From Octopus vulgaris (taxonomy: Eukaryota): a stretch of DNA of 64,000 bases. Shown piece by piece: positions 41,857-55,175 of the stretch. Every line of letters begins with the position of its first letter. The stretch's first letter is position 1. The stretch spans positions 213,652,001 through 213,716,000 of the forward strand of contig OX597815.1 in NCBI GenBank assembly GCA_951406725.2, read 5' to 3'. The position numbers and the translations under genes were made by a program. The notes beneath the pieces are model-generated. The model did not search any database and was not told the DNA's origin. It worked only from the letters and a program-made list of their open reading frames with translations.

Positions 41857-42137
41857 CAACAATTGAGGGTAAAATTAATTAATTATTAATCAATTTTACC
41901 AAGTATTCAGTATGTAAAGGGACCATTTAAGGCGAATTCAAATTATTACATTATATAAAAGGGCTTAGTAAAATAAATTACTTTGCCACATACTGAACTC
42001 ATTAGAAATAGCAGCTAAAAAAATTTTTTAAAACTATTTCTAATACTTAAAGAAAATCTCTCTCATATAGTGTTTGCTCAAGTCAACTCACGAAAGTATG
42101 AGGGTAAAAACATTAAAACATCACAAATGCAAAGGTT

Positions 42138-42196
42138 ATTTGAGAACGTACGTTTCTAGATTAGTCAAATCGACATTTCTTTCGTCAGCTCAGAAT
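42138..42196 (-). ncRNA. Type I hammerhead ribozyme (563-bp family, inverted copy)
   Basis: Reverse complement of 42463-42521. Confidence 0.7.
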
Positions 42197-42462
42197 TCCT
42201 TGGTTCGGATTTGGGAACACTGAAAGCGGGAGCATACCCTTTTAGCTTCCTATCACTTCTGAAGATCTGCTCGGACTATCAGTGTTAGCAAATTCAAAAT
42301 ATGCAAGAGAAGAATTTCTGCTCTCCCCTTTCCACCAGCGTGGGTTAAAATTAGTAAACACTTTGTTTTATCGGTAAAGACCGAAGCATTAAATAGAGAG
42401 AAGTGATAGGAAGCTAAAAGGGTATGCTCCCGCTTTCAGTGTTCCCAAATCCGAACCAAGGA

Positions 42463-42521
42463 ATTCTGAGCTGACGAAAGAAATGTCGATTTGACTAATC
42501 TAGAAACGTACGTTCTCAAAT
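42463..42521 (+). ncRNA. Type I hammerhead ribozyme (563-bp family, copy 1)
   Basis: ATTCTGAG-CTGACGA-AAGA..GTC GATTT GAC..TCTA-GAAA-CGTACG-TT-CTCAAAT. Helix I TGAG/CTCA extendable past a bulge; palindrome AACGTACGTT; GUU triplet; helix II closed by an A.A mismatch. Confidence 0.72.
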
Positions 42522-43025
42522 AACCTTTGCATTTGTGATGTTTTAATGTTTTTACCCTCATACTTTCGTGAGTTGACTTGAGCAAACACTATATGAGAGA
42601 GATTTTCTTTAAGTATTAGAAATAGTTTAAAAAAAAATTTTTTTAGCTGCTATTTCTAATGAGTTCAGTATGTGGCAAAGTAATTTATTTTACTAAGCCC
42701 TTTTATATAATGTAATAATTTGAATTCGCCTTAAATGGTCCCTTTACATACTGAATACTTGGTAAAATTGATTAATAATTAATTAATTTTACCCTCAATT
42801 GTTTGAAATTATAATTCATTTCTCTCTATTTAATGCTTCGGTCTTTACCGATAAAACAAAGTGTTTACTAATTTTAACCCACGCTGGTGGAAAGGGGAGA
42901 GCAGAAATTCTTCGCTTGCATATTTTGAATTTGCTAACACTGATAGTCCGAGCAGATCTTCAGAAGTGATAGGAAGCTAAAAGGGTATGCTCCCGCTTTC
43001 AGTGTTCCCAAATCCGAACCAAGGA

Positions 43026-43084
43026 ATTCTGAGCTGACGAAAGAAATGTCGATTTGACTAATCTAGAAACGTACGTTCTCAAAT
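43026..43084 (+). ncRNA. Type I hammerhead ribozyme (563-bp family, copy 2)
   Basis: Identical to 42463-42521, shifted by 563. Confidence 0.72.
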
Positions 43085-43282
43085 AACCTTTGCATTTGTG
43101 ATGTTTTAATGTTTTTACCCTCATACTTTCGTGAGTTGACTTGAGCAAACACTATATGAGAGAGATTTTCTTTAAGTATTAGAAATAGTTTAAAAAAAAT
43201 TTTTTTAGCTGCTATTTCTAATGAGTTCAGTATGTGGCAAAGTAATTTATTTTACTAAGCCCTTTTATATAATGTAATAATT

Positions 43283-43343
<61 letters not shown>

Positions 43344-44175
43344 CATATATACATATACACACACACTTCCACACAGTTTCCGTTCATAAGTCATTCACAA
43401 AACAATAATCGATCTGGGGCTATAGTAGAAGTCACGTGTTCACGGTACCGCTCAGTGTCCGACACTGCGTTGTTTTAAAGCTAGCTTCTTAACCGCGTAG
43501 TCATGCCTGCGCTTTGTGACTTGAAGATTTGGTTGCTATTTCTAGCAGGTCAAGTTACTTCGCATCGGCAACCCTGTTAGCTCATCTGCCGTGTTATTTG
43601 AAGCGCTGGACAAATGAATACAATATATTGGATACAAATGTGCAAACAAATCCGAGAGGGAAGTTATCGGCCAATCTCTGAAAACGAAAGCGAACATTCA
43701 TTGATACACAGCAATATATATCGAACGTGTGAAATGTTATTTAAGAGAGCTGCGGTGTGATTTTGAGGGAGATTTGTCTTCCATTTCTAAAAGGTCGAAC
43801 CAGCAAGTGTAAGTACTCTCGTTGACACCAGCGCTGTGTTATCGTCAAACCATAAACACAGACAGACGCACACACAGACAGACACACACACATAGCCATA
43901 TATACACACTCACATATTTGACCTCATACAATGATAGACAAACACCATGCACTCGTAATTGGCAACGATACAACCACTCAGAGGTTACAGCCAGAGTTTT
44001 AACATCAAACGTTTTATAAACGTATGAATACGTTTCAAACTGTTTTGATATTTTCAGAAATGTTAAAAATACATATTCTACCAAAGTATGCAGGACAGAA
44101 CGCGTGCTTGTGCGCATGTGCAAGCGTCTGCATATATCTATAATACATACATATGTGTATGTAAGTATGTCTGCA

Positions 44176-44206
<31 letters not shown>

Positions 44207-45347
44207 ATGTATGTATGTATGTATGTGTGTGTGTATGTGTGTGTGTATGTGTGTGTATGTATGTATGTGTGAGTGTATGTCTGTCTGTATGTATGTATCT
44301 TTTATTTTAGATTTTGATTCAGTCACAACCGCGGCCGCGGCCAGGGTTTCAGCTGTGGCTGTGCGGTAAGAAGCTTTCTCCCTAACCACATGGTTCCGGG
44401 TTCAGTCCCACTGCATAGCACCTTGGGCAAGTATCTTCTACTATAGCCTCGGGCCGACCAAAGCCTTGTGAATGGATTTAGGGGACGGAAACTGAAAGAC
44501 GTCCGTCGAATATATATATATATATATAGATAGATAGATATAGATATATATACAAACAAAAACTATCATGTTGTTGATGTTGAAATTCCAATGAAGGAGC
44601 CTTGGATTTAGGTTGGAAACCGGCTCCTTCTCTCTTAGTAAGAAATCATGAAATAACATTGAACAGTGACATACATACATTCATACATGCACACACTCAA
44701 ACTCGCACACAGACACACATACGCATATACCCTCAAATACACATATACATACACAAACACACACAAATCACATTTGTTCATATGCACACACATTGCACAT
44801 TCCCATATGAATACACAACAGCCTCACAGGCAAAATCTCCGACACACACATACATATGCTCACCCACGCCCAAACTGCGTCACCATAGGATTCATACTTA
44901 TAAAATCGCACACTCACAGATCACGAAATGTATGCAAACCATAAACACAGACATGCAAACACGCATGCACATACACACTACATACCATACATATGTACAT
45001 AGACACATACATATATGCATACAGATATACACATATGCAAACATTTACTTGGTCACAGAAAACTGGAAACATAAGCGTACAAAACCAAACACACGCTTAC
45101 GCACACCGCAGGTGCTCGCGTGAACTTGATCAACCCTTGGCTAGGAGAACTGAGTGAGGTGGTCTGATCTGGAAAGGATCGAAAGCTCCTTGACCTCAGA
45201 AAGATTACTGGCGACACATCCTACAGCGCACAAACACACACACACACACATACATACATGCACATCCGTAAACACACACACATGTACACACATGCCCCAG
45301 CATGGTCGCAGTCGAATGATTGAAACAACTAAAAGTTAAAAGATGCT

Positions 45348-45670
45348 GAGACCCCCTTCGGTCATGACTGACCATGGGATTGCACCTAGAAAGTTACCCT
45401 CCCAGGCACAAGTCCGGGCAAGGGGTTGTTTATGGAAGACCAGCAGTCGCCCATGCATACCAGCCTCCCCTCTCCATGCCACTGATGTTATCCAAGGGAA
45501 AGGCAAAGGGGCCGATACAGCTTGGCACCTGTGACGTCGCAATTCATTTCTACAGTTGAATGAACTGGAGCAACGTGAAATGAAGAGTCTTGCTTAAGAA
45601 CACAACGCGCAGCCCGGTCCAGGATTCGAACTCACAACCTCACGATCGTAAGCTCGACGTTCTAACCACA
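45348..45670 (-). mobile_element. tRNA-derived SINE family D
   Basis: Head (reverse complement) GTGGTTAGAACGTCGAGCTTACGATCGTGAGG..GAGTTCGAATCC; other copies at 46358-46642 (minus) and 60505-60790 (plus). Confidence 0.8.
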
Positions 45671-46357
45671 CTTTAAAGATAAAGGATACATATATAACAA
45701 GTCAAGTTAATCGCCACATCAATATGGCAGTTCAATATTTCTACTAGTTTAACCCCAGGCAGGTCTCCCACCAGCTGGTTAGAGGTGTAGCACAGCACTC
45801 TGTACATATACATTACCAACAGGGGAGCGAATCCCTACCATCCCCCAGCAGACGACAGGGTCCAGACACCGATTAGGTTTCCAGCTATATATCCTTTTAT
45901 CCTTTTATCCTTTTGCTTGTTTCATTCTTTGCATGCGGGGACCCAGGGGAACCGCCTCGAAATGTTTTCAGACACTTATTTTATCAGGATCTTATTGCCA
46001 AACCGCGAAGTTACGGGAACGTAAAACCAAAATCGGTTGTAAAGCGGTGAGAGGGACAGGCGCAATCGTAAGGAAGGACACATGCGCATGCTCAGGCACA
46101 TGCGCATACACATTTAACTAAGTATGAATCTGTGTGACTATATTGGTGTGTTTTTGAATAAATGCAGTGTGTCAATATCTATATATGCTTATACCTCCAT
46201 GAGTACGCATGTATCCATGCACACACACGTGTAAGCATATATATATATATATATATATGCTTACACGTGTGTATATATATATGTGTGTGTGTGTGTGTGA
46301 GTGTGTGTGTATGCATATACATGAATGTATATATATATATATATGTTATACATTCTG

Positions 46358-46642
46358 AGACCCCCTTCGGTCACGACACTGACCATAGGATTGTACCTAG
46401 AAAGTTTCCCTCCGAGGCACAAGTCCGAACAGGGTTATTTATGGAAGACCAGCAGTCGCCCATGCATACCGGCCTCCCCTCTCCACGCCACCAGTGTTAT
46501 CCAAGGGAAAGGCAGATACAGCTGGAACAACGTGAAATAAAGTGTTTTGCTCAAGAACACAACACGCAGCCCGGTCCAGGATTCGAGCTCATAACCTCAC
46601 GACCGTGAGCTCGACGCTCTAACCACTGAGCCATGTGCCTTC
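46358..46642 (-). mobile_element. SINE family D copy with an internal deletion
   Basis: Matches 45348-45670; head GAAGGCACATGGCTCAGTGGTTAGAGCG. Confidence 0.8.
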
Positions 46643-46648
46643 TAATAT

Positions 46649-46785
<137 letters not shown>

Positions 46786-47319
46786 ACATGATTATACCAG
46801 TGATATCTTTCTACACGCCCAATTAATCACGCGTGTGAACTCCCAAAGCCATACACTTACGAGTGCAACCTATTAACCACGGTGGTATATATACACAAAC
46901 ATACATTCATGCAAACGAATCCAAATATTAAGACTACTTAGATATACTCCCACACGCAAAGATATTTTAAAAGTTTAATACGTTACATACACACACACAC
47001 AAATACAATACACTTACATACTCAGACACACAGGCACGCACACACGCTCATACACAGACACACAGAAACACACACACACACACACACTCGCACGCGCATA
47101 CACTCACAGAGGCTGCATTAAATTGGTGATCAGAAAAATAATTCTAAATTGATATTACAAATGGAATTAGAAGAAAAATCATGAGCGAAAGGGAGGTAAT
47201 TTCCGAAATATCAATGGAGATACGAAGAGGAGATCTAATTAGATCGAAAAATGTCCGAGGTTTCCAAAGACTGCCAATTCTATGCAATTCTACATAACAT
47301 TTGTTCTTTTGTTTGACAG

Positions 47320-47402
<83 letters not shown>

Positions 47403-47916
47403 TACATATACGTATACATGACGGGCTTCTTTCAGTTTCCGTCTACCAAATCCACTCACAAGGCTTTGGTCGATCCAAGGCTATAGTAGCAGACACTTGC
47501 CCCAAGGTGCCACGCAGTGGGACTGAACCCGGAACCATGTGGTTGGTAAGCAAGCTACTTACCATACGTATATATACATGGAGAAAATAATCATGTACAA
47601 TGCAAAAGTATGAAAGAATATGTTGATAGGAGAGGGCAACAGGTTCTGAACAAGTCAAGAATCAAAATAGTTACGAAATGGTTGGCGTAGAGAGTGCAGC
47701 ACTCGTTTGGTGCTTTGGCTGCCTGGATCAGGGAAAGGAATTCTGTACGTCTCGGCTGGATGGAGAGATGCTTTTGGAAGAAGCCGTAAGTGCAGTGAGA
47801 GGTTCAGTTGACAGCTGGAAATGTGAGCGTCCTGTAGGGCGAAATCAAGTTAAGTTCATACGTACGTATATATATATAAATATACGTATATATATATAAA
47901 TATATATATATATACG

Positions 47917-47965
<49 letters not shown>

Positions 47966-48946
47966 TATATATATATATATATTCAAGAGAAATATATATA
48001 GTACTAGTCCTGTAGAAGCTCCTTCTATATAATAAATTAATTTTACTCTGCTATATATACCTTATAACCCCGAATCAACCCGGGACCTACATATATATAT
48101 ATATATATATATATACATACATATATATATACCTAATATATATATATATATACATACATATATATATATACATACATACATATATATATAAATATATATA
48201 TATATATTAGTATATATATATATATATATATGTGAATATATATATAAACTCACACCCGCACACACGCACACACACACACATATATATATAACATACACAC
48301 ATACACACATGCACACACACACACACGCACGAGCGCACGTGCGCACACACGTGCACACAAATTATGCATATGTATGTGCATACTTGTGTATATACGTGCA
48401 TACATTGATAAATACATACATACAAAGAGAGTGAGAAAGAGTTAGAAAGAGAAGGAGAGAGGATGTGTGTTTGTTTGCCTGCGTGTGTATATATATATAT
48501 ACAGATTCGGTAATATTGTGTGCTGAATATATATATACACATACACATCCATACATACACGTTTGTGTAATTGTATGTGTGTGTGTGTGAGCTTATGCTT
48601 GCATCTATGATTCTTTATGTGTATTTCTATTAGAAATGGAATTAGAAGACAAATCAGGAGCGAAAGGGGGGCAATGTCTAATGTCTGTGTTGTCTGTAGT
48701 TTATTGCAGAGGAAACAAATTAGTGCTGTATTTAGTTGCCGACAGGGATTTCACTCGAGATGATGGAATCAGTTTTCTAGAAGGCAAATCCGATTATGTC
48801 AATTACTGAAGTACCACTCCGTTTTAGAGACTTCCCCTAATTGTCACGCTGCCACATTCCGTCACTATTAACGACTTTTTCATAATTTTATTTCATTTTC
48901 CAATTTCGAATTTTCCTGACTTTCTCTTTCAGCATCTTTTATAATT

Positions 48947-49484
48947 TATACATACATACATACATACATACATACATACATACATACATACATACATACA
49001 TACATACGTTCGCACGTACGTACGTACGTACATACATACATACATGCATGCATACATACATACATACATACATATATACATACATACATACATACATACA
49101 TACGTACGCACGTACGTACGTACGTATATACATACATACATGCATGCATACATACATACATACATACATACATACATACATACATACATACATACATACA
49201 TACATACATACATACATACATACATACATACATACATACGTATATACATACATACATACATACATACATACATACGTACGTACGTACGTACGTACATACA
49301 TAATACATGCATACATACATACATGCATGCATATATATACATACATACATACATACATACATACATACATACATACATACATGCATGCATGCATATATAT
49401 ACATACATACATACATACATACATACGTACATACATACATACGTACGTACGTACGTACATACATACATACATACATACATACAT
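48947..49484. repeat. Long (CATA)n/(TACG)n compound microsatellite
   Basis: Seen directly; source of the MYVC/HTYI pseudo-ORFs. Confidence 0.95.
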
Positions 49485-50676
49485 AATGAATAATGGAAGT
49501 TTGTCGGGGTTCGACAATGACGCAGTGACGCCGGAGGTGGAAGCGGAACTCAAAGGCGGACGCGCAGACGCGGCCACATGTTGGGCACGTAACAGCAGAA
49601 GTAGAGTTGTGGATCCTCTTTTCGGCCTTGTCGCTTCTGGTCCAGGCTCTTCAGGCACTTTTCCTTGAACAACCTAACACCCTTTTGGACAGCTGGACAC
49701 CAGGTGCCGCGGTCAGAGGCAAGCAATTCCCAGCCATGGGCTGAAATGCCACAGGCCTCAAGGGAAGTTTTCAGGCTGCCCTTGTAATGCCTCAGTGGCC
49801 TTCCAGAGTTTCTTGCTCCAGAAGCCAGCTCAGAGAAGAAGATCATCCATTCGGGCTACATGTCCGACCCACTGGAGCTGGGCCTTCATGATGAGGGCGT
49901 CGATCCCGGGCATTTCGGCTCTGCGAAGCACCACAGTGTTGGAGACTCTGTCCTCCCAGGAAATACCCATGATTCGTCGCAAGCAGCGGAGGTGGAACTG
50001 GTCAAGTACTCGCCTTTGCCTCCTATACAGCGTCCACGTCCCACAGCCGTAGAGCAGAGAGAGATGACGACTTCCCCATAGACTACCAGCTTGGTGGAAG
50101 TCTGATGCCTCGTTTGGCCCACACACGTGTCCAAAGTTTACCAAACGGAGCTCCTGCTTTTGTAAGCCTCATAGAGACATCTTTGTCCATGCTGCAGTTT
50201 GAGGACAAGCAGCTTCCCAGGTTGTAAAGCTTTCCCCGTTGTTCAGAGTTGTGCCCTCAATCTCAATCTGAGGCTCAGAGGTATCAGGCTAAATGCAGAC
50301 TGAAGCATCACTTCAGTTTTTCACAGGCTAATGGTCAGTCCGAAGGCTTTTTCTGCTTCTGCAAGATAAGCAGCAAGTTCTTGCAGATCTGGTTCATTCA
50401 ATGCTGCAAACATTCAATGCTGCACTAGGGCGTTCAGGACTTTGCCTTCAGACGGCTGAGCTCAAAGAATCGGCCGTCACATCTGTAGCAAATAGTGACA
50501 CCAGCATCAGACTTTGACAGGGCAAGGAAGAGCATGGTGGCAAACATGAGGCTGAAGAGTATGTGGGAGCCATCACGCAGCCTTGATTCACACCATTGGA
50601 GACCGGGAATGGATCAGAGACATCTCCGTTTTCCACGATTCGAGTCATCATGCCATCATGAAATGACTGGATGATC
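49485..50676 (-). mobile_element. 5'-truncated RTE-BovB-like LINE (degenerate RT and 3' end)
   Basis: 'IIQSFHDGMMTRIVENGDVSDPFPVSNGVNQGCVMAPT', '[44 protein letters not shown]', '[13 protein letters not shown]', 'GARNSGRPLRHYKGSLK'. Confidence 0.88.
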
Positions 50677-50857
50677 ATACATACATACATACATACATAC
50701 ATACATACATACATACATACATACATACATACATACATACACACATACATACATACATACATACATACATACATACATACATGCATGCATGCATGCATAC
50801 ATACATACATACATACATACATACATACATACATACACACATACATACATACATACA

Positions 50858-50889
<32 letters not shown>

Positions 50890-51265
50890 CATACATACAT
50901 ACATACATACATACATGCATGCATGCATACATACATACATACATACATACATACATACATACATACATTCATACATACATACATACATACATACATACAT
51001 ACATACATACACACACATACATACACACACACATACATACATACATACATACATACATACATACACACACATACATACATACATACATACATACATGCAT
51101 ACATATACATGCATACATACATACATACATACATACATACATACATACATACATACATACATACATACATACATACATACATACATACATACATAAATAC
51201 ATACACACATATACATGCACACACGCATATACATACATATATAAACATACATATATGTACATACA
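50677..51265. repeat. Long (CATA)n microsatellite
   Basis: Seen directly. Confidence 0.95.
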
Positions 51266-51383
51266 TTACTGCGCAACCAGATAAGCACTGAAACTGTAGT
51301 TTGACTTTCCACGGCTGATTTCTTTGTCATTCGTTCTTTCTTCGTTAATCATTTCATGTTCCATTTTGAATAGAACACACACA

Positions 51384-51485
<102 letters not shown>

Positions 51486-51489
51486 GGAT

Positions 51490-51825
51490 TCTCTCGTCGG
51501 TTTCGACGTATGTGGATCCGACAACCTATGCTTTGTTAGTCATAATGCTTACCTCGAATGTGACAATCGCCCATGATTTGCGAAGAAACCCACAAATGTT
51601 GCACGTATGAGGATTACGGATCAGTGCAGACGGTATATTTGAAGCCGCGTTTCTCTTTTGCCTCACACCACTAAGCCTGTTAATGGTGGATGGAGCAAAG
51701 TCTCTAACACCATTTTGATACGACGATCTCCATTTTGTTCGCTTCAAGGTTCTTTGCTGAAAAGTATTGTAAGCTATATTGACTTCTGAGAGGTTACTCT
51801 TCAGCTTGTCCTTATATCTGGACGA
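51490..51825 (-). mobile_element. RTE-like LINE 3' fragment
   Basis: RYKDKLKSNL...KRTKWRSSYQNGVRDF...HTCNICG is an RTE C-terminus with a Cys motif. Confidence 0.6.
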
Positions 51826-52130
51826 GTTGTTCTTGTTACAGAAGTAGGTTGTATGAAGTATAGCACTACAATGTGGTATTGAGTACTTCTTTTCAATTCC
51901 ATTAAAATCAACGATATGCGATAGAAATGGAAGTAGACAGAGGGTTGACGCCCTGTTACTTTCCAGCTCATGAGGAAGGGTAGCTTTTGGGTCTTAAACC
52001 CCGTTTCCCCATCCCCAGACTCACAGACTGTTTGTATTAATAGTTTTTAAAAACCCATTTGCATGACTGCCGACGGACATATAATGTTATGTATGTATGC
52101 ATGTATGCATATATGCATGTATATATGTAA

Positions 52131-52179
<49 letters not shown>

Positions 52180-53265
52180 TGCAGGTATGTATCTATATAT
52201 GTACGTATGAAATCTACTATACATGTATATATATATATATCTTATATTTATGCATACATATATACACACACACGTGTATGAACACGCACACACATTCACA
52301 CACGCACACAACCGAAAATTTCCTCGGGGCTCTATTAACTCTCCTCCCACTAATAATTTTAATAATTTATTCATTAGGAATTTATTTCCCGTATCTTTTT
52401 TCTCTCACTAAAACGTAGTATTTTTCTCTTTGTTTTCTTTGGAATGCTGTAAAATGTGTTTACACATCTAATTAAACCATTTCAAATATTTTCAAAACTT
52501 AATTAGACATATATATTTACCAAACCACACATATGCTACGTGTTTTTTGGGTGTGTGAATGTGTTTTTGTATGCGTGTGTATGTGTGTGTGTTTTATATG
52601 TATACGCTGAAGTGAAAAGGCACTACCACTTGGCATGTGACCGGCGAGCCAAAATACTAACACACTAAGAAAGATGCGGTATTTCGACGACATAGTTTTA
52701 TTTGGTACTTCAGCCAAGTCACTCGGTTGAACAGGACAAAATTACAAATCCTAAGAAAAGCCAATCTGCGCAGCATACAGGATTTTTTGGTGGAAAGAAG
52801 GGTGAGACTAGCAGGTCATATTTTCCGGCTGCCAGAAGGACGAATAAGTAAGCTAGCTACACTATAGCCTCCCTAAAGTCTAACCCCTCCTCAAAGCCGT
52901 AGGGTGGTGTAAACGGGCAGTGTCAGAGCTATGCTGTCGGGAACTTCGGTTCCTGGTAGGGCCACCCAAGATGGATTGGTCTGGCACCGAGCGGTATTGG
53001 GGCCGCAATCTGGTGAAAATTCCAAGAGGCGTCTGATCGGCAACAGGCGGTTTCGAGGTTGTTCTGTCTCTAAGTCTGTGGAGTTTCCGCGGCAAACAGG
53101 GCGTCCCGTCACTCGGGATATGCATGGGGATGTCGAGGACCGCTTGTGAATTCAATATTCCCACGAAACTTCTTCTATGAATCCTACTCAGAGAAGAAGC
53201 CAGCTCAACCCGCCCTGGGTGAACGCCGTCACAAGTACAAGTCTACAATATAGGTTCCACTAGAG

Positions 53266-53640
53266 CAATGGTTCTCAATCGGGGTCCTTATGATCTTTGG
53301 TGGGTCTATTCTCTTATATGTTTCAGTCCAATGACTATGGCCATGCTGGAGCACCGCCATTGAAAGAAATAAAGGCAGCGGTAACGTTTCCCCGGCGGGG
53401 AATCGAACTCCGATCTCCCGCATGACAGGCGGGAATACTTACCACTATGTACAATAAATTGGTTTATATTTCTACAATACACAAAATATTTTAACAATTT
53501 TGATTATACTATTCCTAATAGCATTTGATTAATATAGTAGGATATTTTAAGCATCAAATGGCAGGTAGGGGCGGATCCAACAGAGTGAAATAGGAATCAA
53601 GGGGATCCGCAAGTAAAAAGAAAATGGTTGAGAAACAGTG
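53266..53640. mobile_element. hAT-type MITE interrupted by a tRNA-Asp/SINE chimera
   Basis: Ends CAATGGTTCTCAA / TTGAGAAACAGTG resemble CAGTGGTTCTCAA-type TIRs. No clear 8-bp TSD. Confidence 0.55.
53388..53449 (-). pseudogene. tRNA-Asp(GTC)-derived pseudogene with the acceptor-stem 5' strand missing
   Basis: Reverse complement ATAGTGGTAAGTATTCCCGCCTGTCATGCGGGAGATCGGAGTTCGATTCCCCGCCGGGGAA closely matches canonical eukaryotic tRNA-Asp; anticodon stem CCCGC/GCGGG with loop CTGTCAT. Confidence 0.8.
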
Positions 53641-54024
53641 ATTTCGAAGGACGAAGAAAGGAAAACCCAAGAAAACATGTCGCGCCACCTTCGAAGAAAA
53701 GCTGAAGCAACTTAACATCACATGGAAAGATACAGGCCATCAGGGTTATTGCAGACGTCTGTTGTTGTTGTTAAGCAACAAGACGGGTAAGGGTGATTAG
53801 GTGATGGTCTAGGGCTTAGGGGCAGGAGACCCCAGACATTGGAAAAAAAAAGCTTTGGTTGTCTTGTTGTAGTCTAGGGCTCTTCGTTGACGACCGACAC
53901 CACTGGGAGGTGGCCCTCGAAGTCGCTGGAAATAGAGATCTCCAGGTCCAAATTCTTGGACGGCTGCAGACGTCTTGTTGCCCAATGAACAAGAAAACTG
54001 TACAGGAGGAAATAAGACTAAGGT

Positions 54025-54139
54025 TATGACTAATATTAAGACTATGACTGATATTAAGACTATGACTGATATTAAGACTATGACTGATATTAAGACTATG
54101 ACTGATATTAAGACTATGACTGATATTAAGACTATGACT
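54025..54139. repeat. 18-bp minisatellite (TATGACTGATATTAAGAC) x ~6.4
   Basis: Head-to-tail copies with no spacers. Confidence 0.95.
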
Positions 54140-55130
54140 AAGAGTCTGTTAAACACTGCCACCTGTTCTTTGGGGATCTTTAGAGGAGTTAAGTTCTCTG
54201 CTAGAATACAAATTCTTCTCTCCTCACCAATGTTTTCCCTGCAAATAGTAGGCTATAGCTGTTCAGGTGTGGGCACCCCGCTCCCAGCAAGCTGCACCGT
54301 TCTTCTTAGGCTATGTGGGTGTGCAAATGTGTGACCAACTTATATAAATAAAAAAAAAACTTAGCATATTGGACTTCTCACAGAACAGGTGTCGCAGAAT
54401 CGAGACATGTGGTAGTTGCAGATTCACGAACTCGTGTAGCCTAGTCATGGCATGATGATGAGGAGGAGGGTGATTATGAGGATGATGATGATGATGATGC
54501 TGCTGCTGCTGATGATGATGATAATGCTGACGAATGCAACAATAATTACAGCAGCATTATATTAATTTCTAACATGGGCAGAAGGTTACAAATCTACATT
54601 TTTCATTTTGTTTTTGGCGGATAGTGTATCGTCAGTTAAGTCGATTTAAGAATCGTACTTGTGTTGTTGCCGCATGGTAAGCAAAGGCAACATTAACCGG
54701 TCGCATTTTAACTCACTTCAAACAGTATCAAAATATTAATAATACGAGAATTCCAGTAATTTTTTAAAATAAAATTAAGAAGCAGCGGGTATCCACAACT
54801 GAAGACATCAATAAAACCTTCAATGGAAACATGTTGAAAAAGTATTAGGCCTCATAGCAGTAACGGTATATGAAACACACACACACATATACAAGGAAAG
54901 AGAGTGAGAGAGAGAGAGAGAGTGGGTGTGTGAGTGTGTGTGTGTGTAAGAGAGAGAGAAACCAAGCAGACGTTAGATGTAGATGCCTGTATGTTTTGCT
55001 TTGTTGGAATTGAAGAAATCTGTGTTGACATGGAATAAGCTTTCAGTTTGTAGATTGCGCTTATTGATTGTAGTGAGGGTTGTGTATATATATGCGTATA
55101 TGTATTTATGTATATATGAATGTACGCACA

Positions 55131-55175
<45 letters not shown>

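Larger units (their letters stand above)
41851..43283. mobile_element. 563-bp-unit hammerhead repeat: one inverted copy (41851-42402, minus) head-to-head with ~1.6 tandem copies (42399-43283, plus), between (TA)n tracts
   Basis: AAGTGATAGG at 42401 and 42964 gives period 563. The left block is the near-exact reverse complement. Three hammerheads. Confidence 0.92.

Noticed and set aside
48929-51330. Long ORFs (150-270 aa) such as MYVCMYVC and HTYIHTYI; also YIYIYI ORFs throughout the window
   Set aside because: Translations of stop-free microsatellites; no coding signal.
54025-54139. 18-bp repeat as a CRISPR array or repetitive protein (IKTMTD)n
   Set aside because: No spacers, eukaryotic context, and no supporting gene structure; it is a minisatellite.
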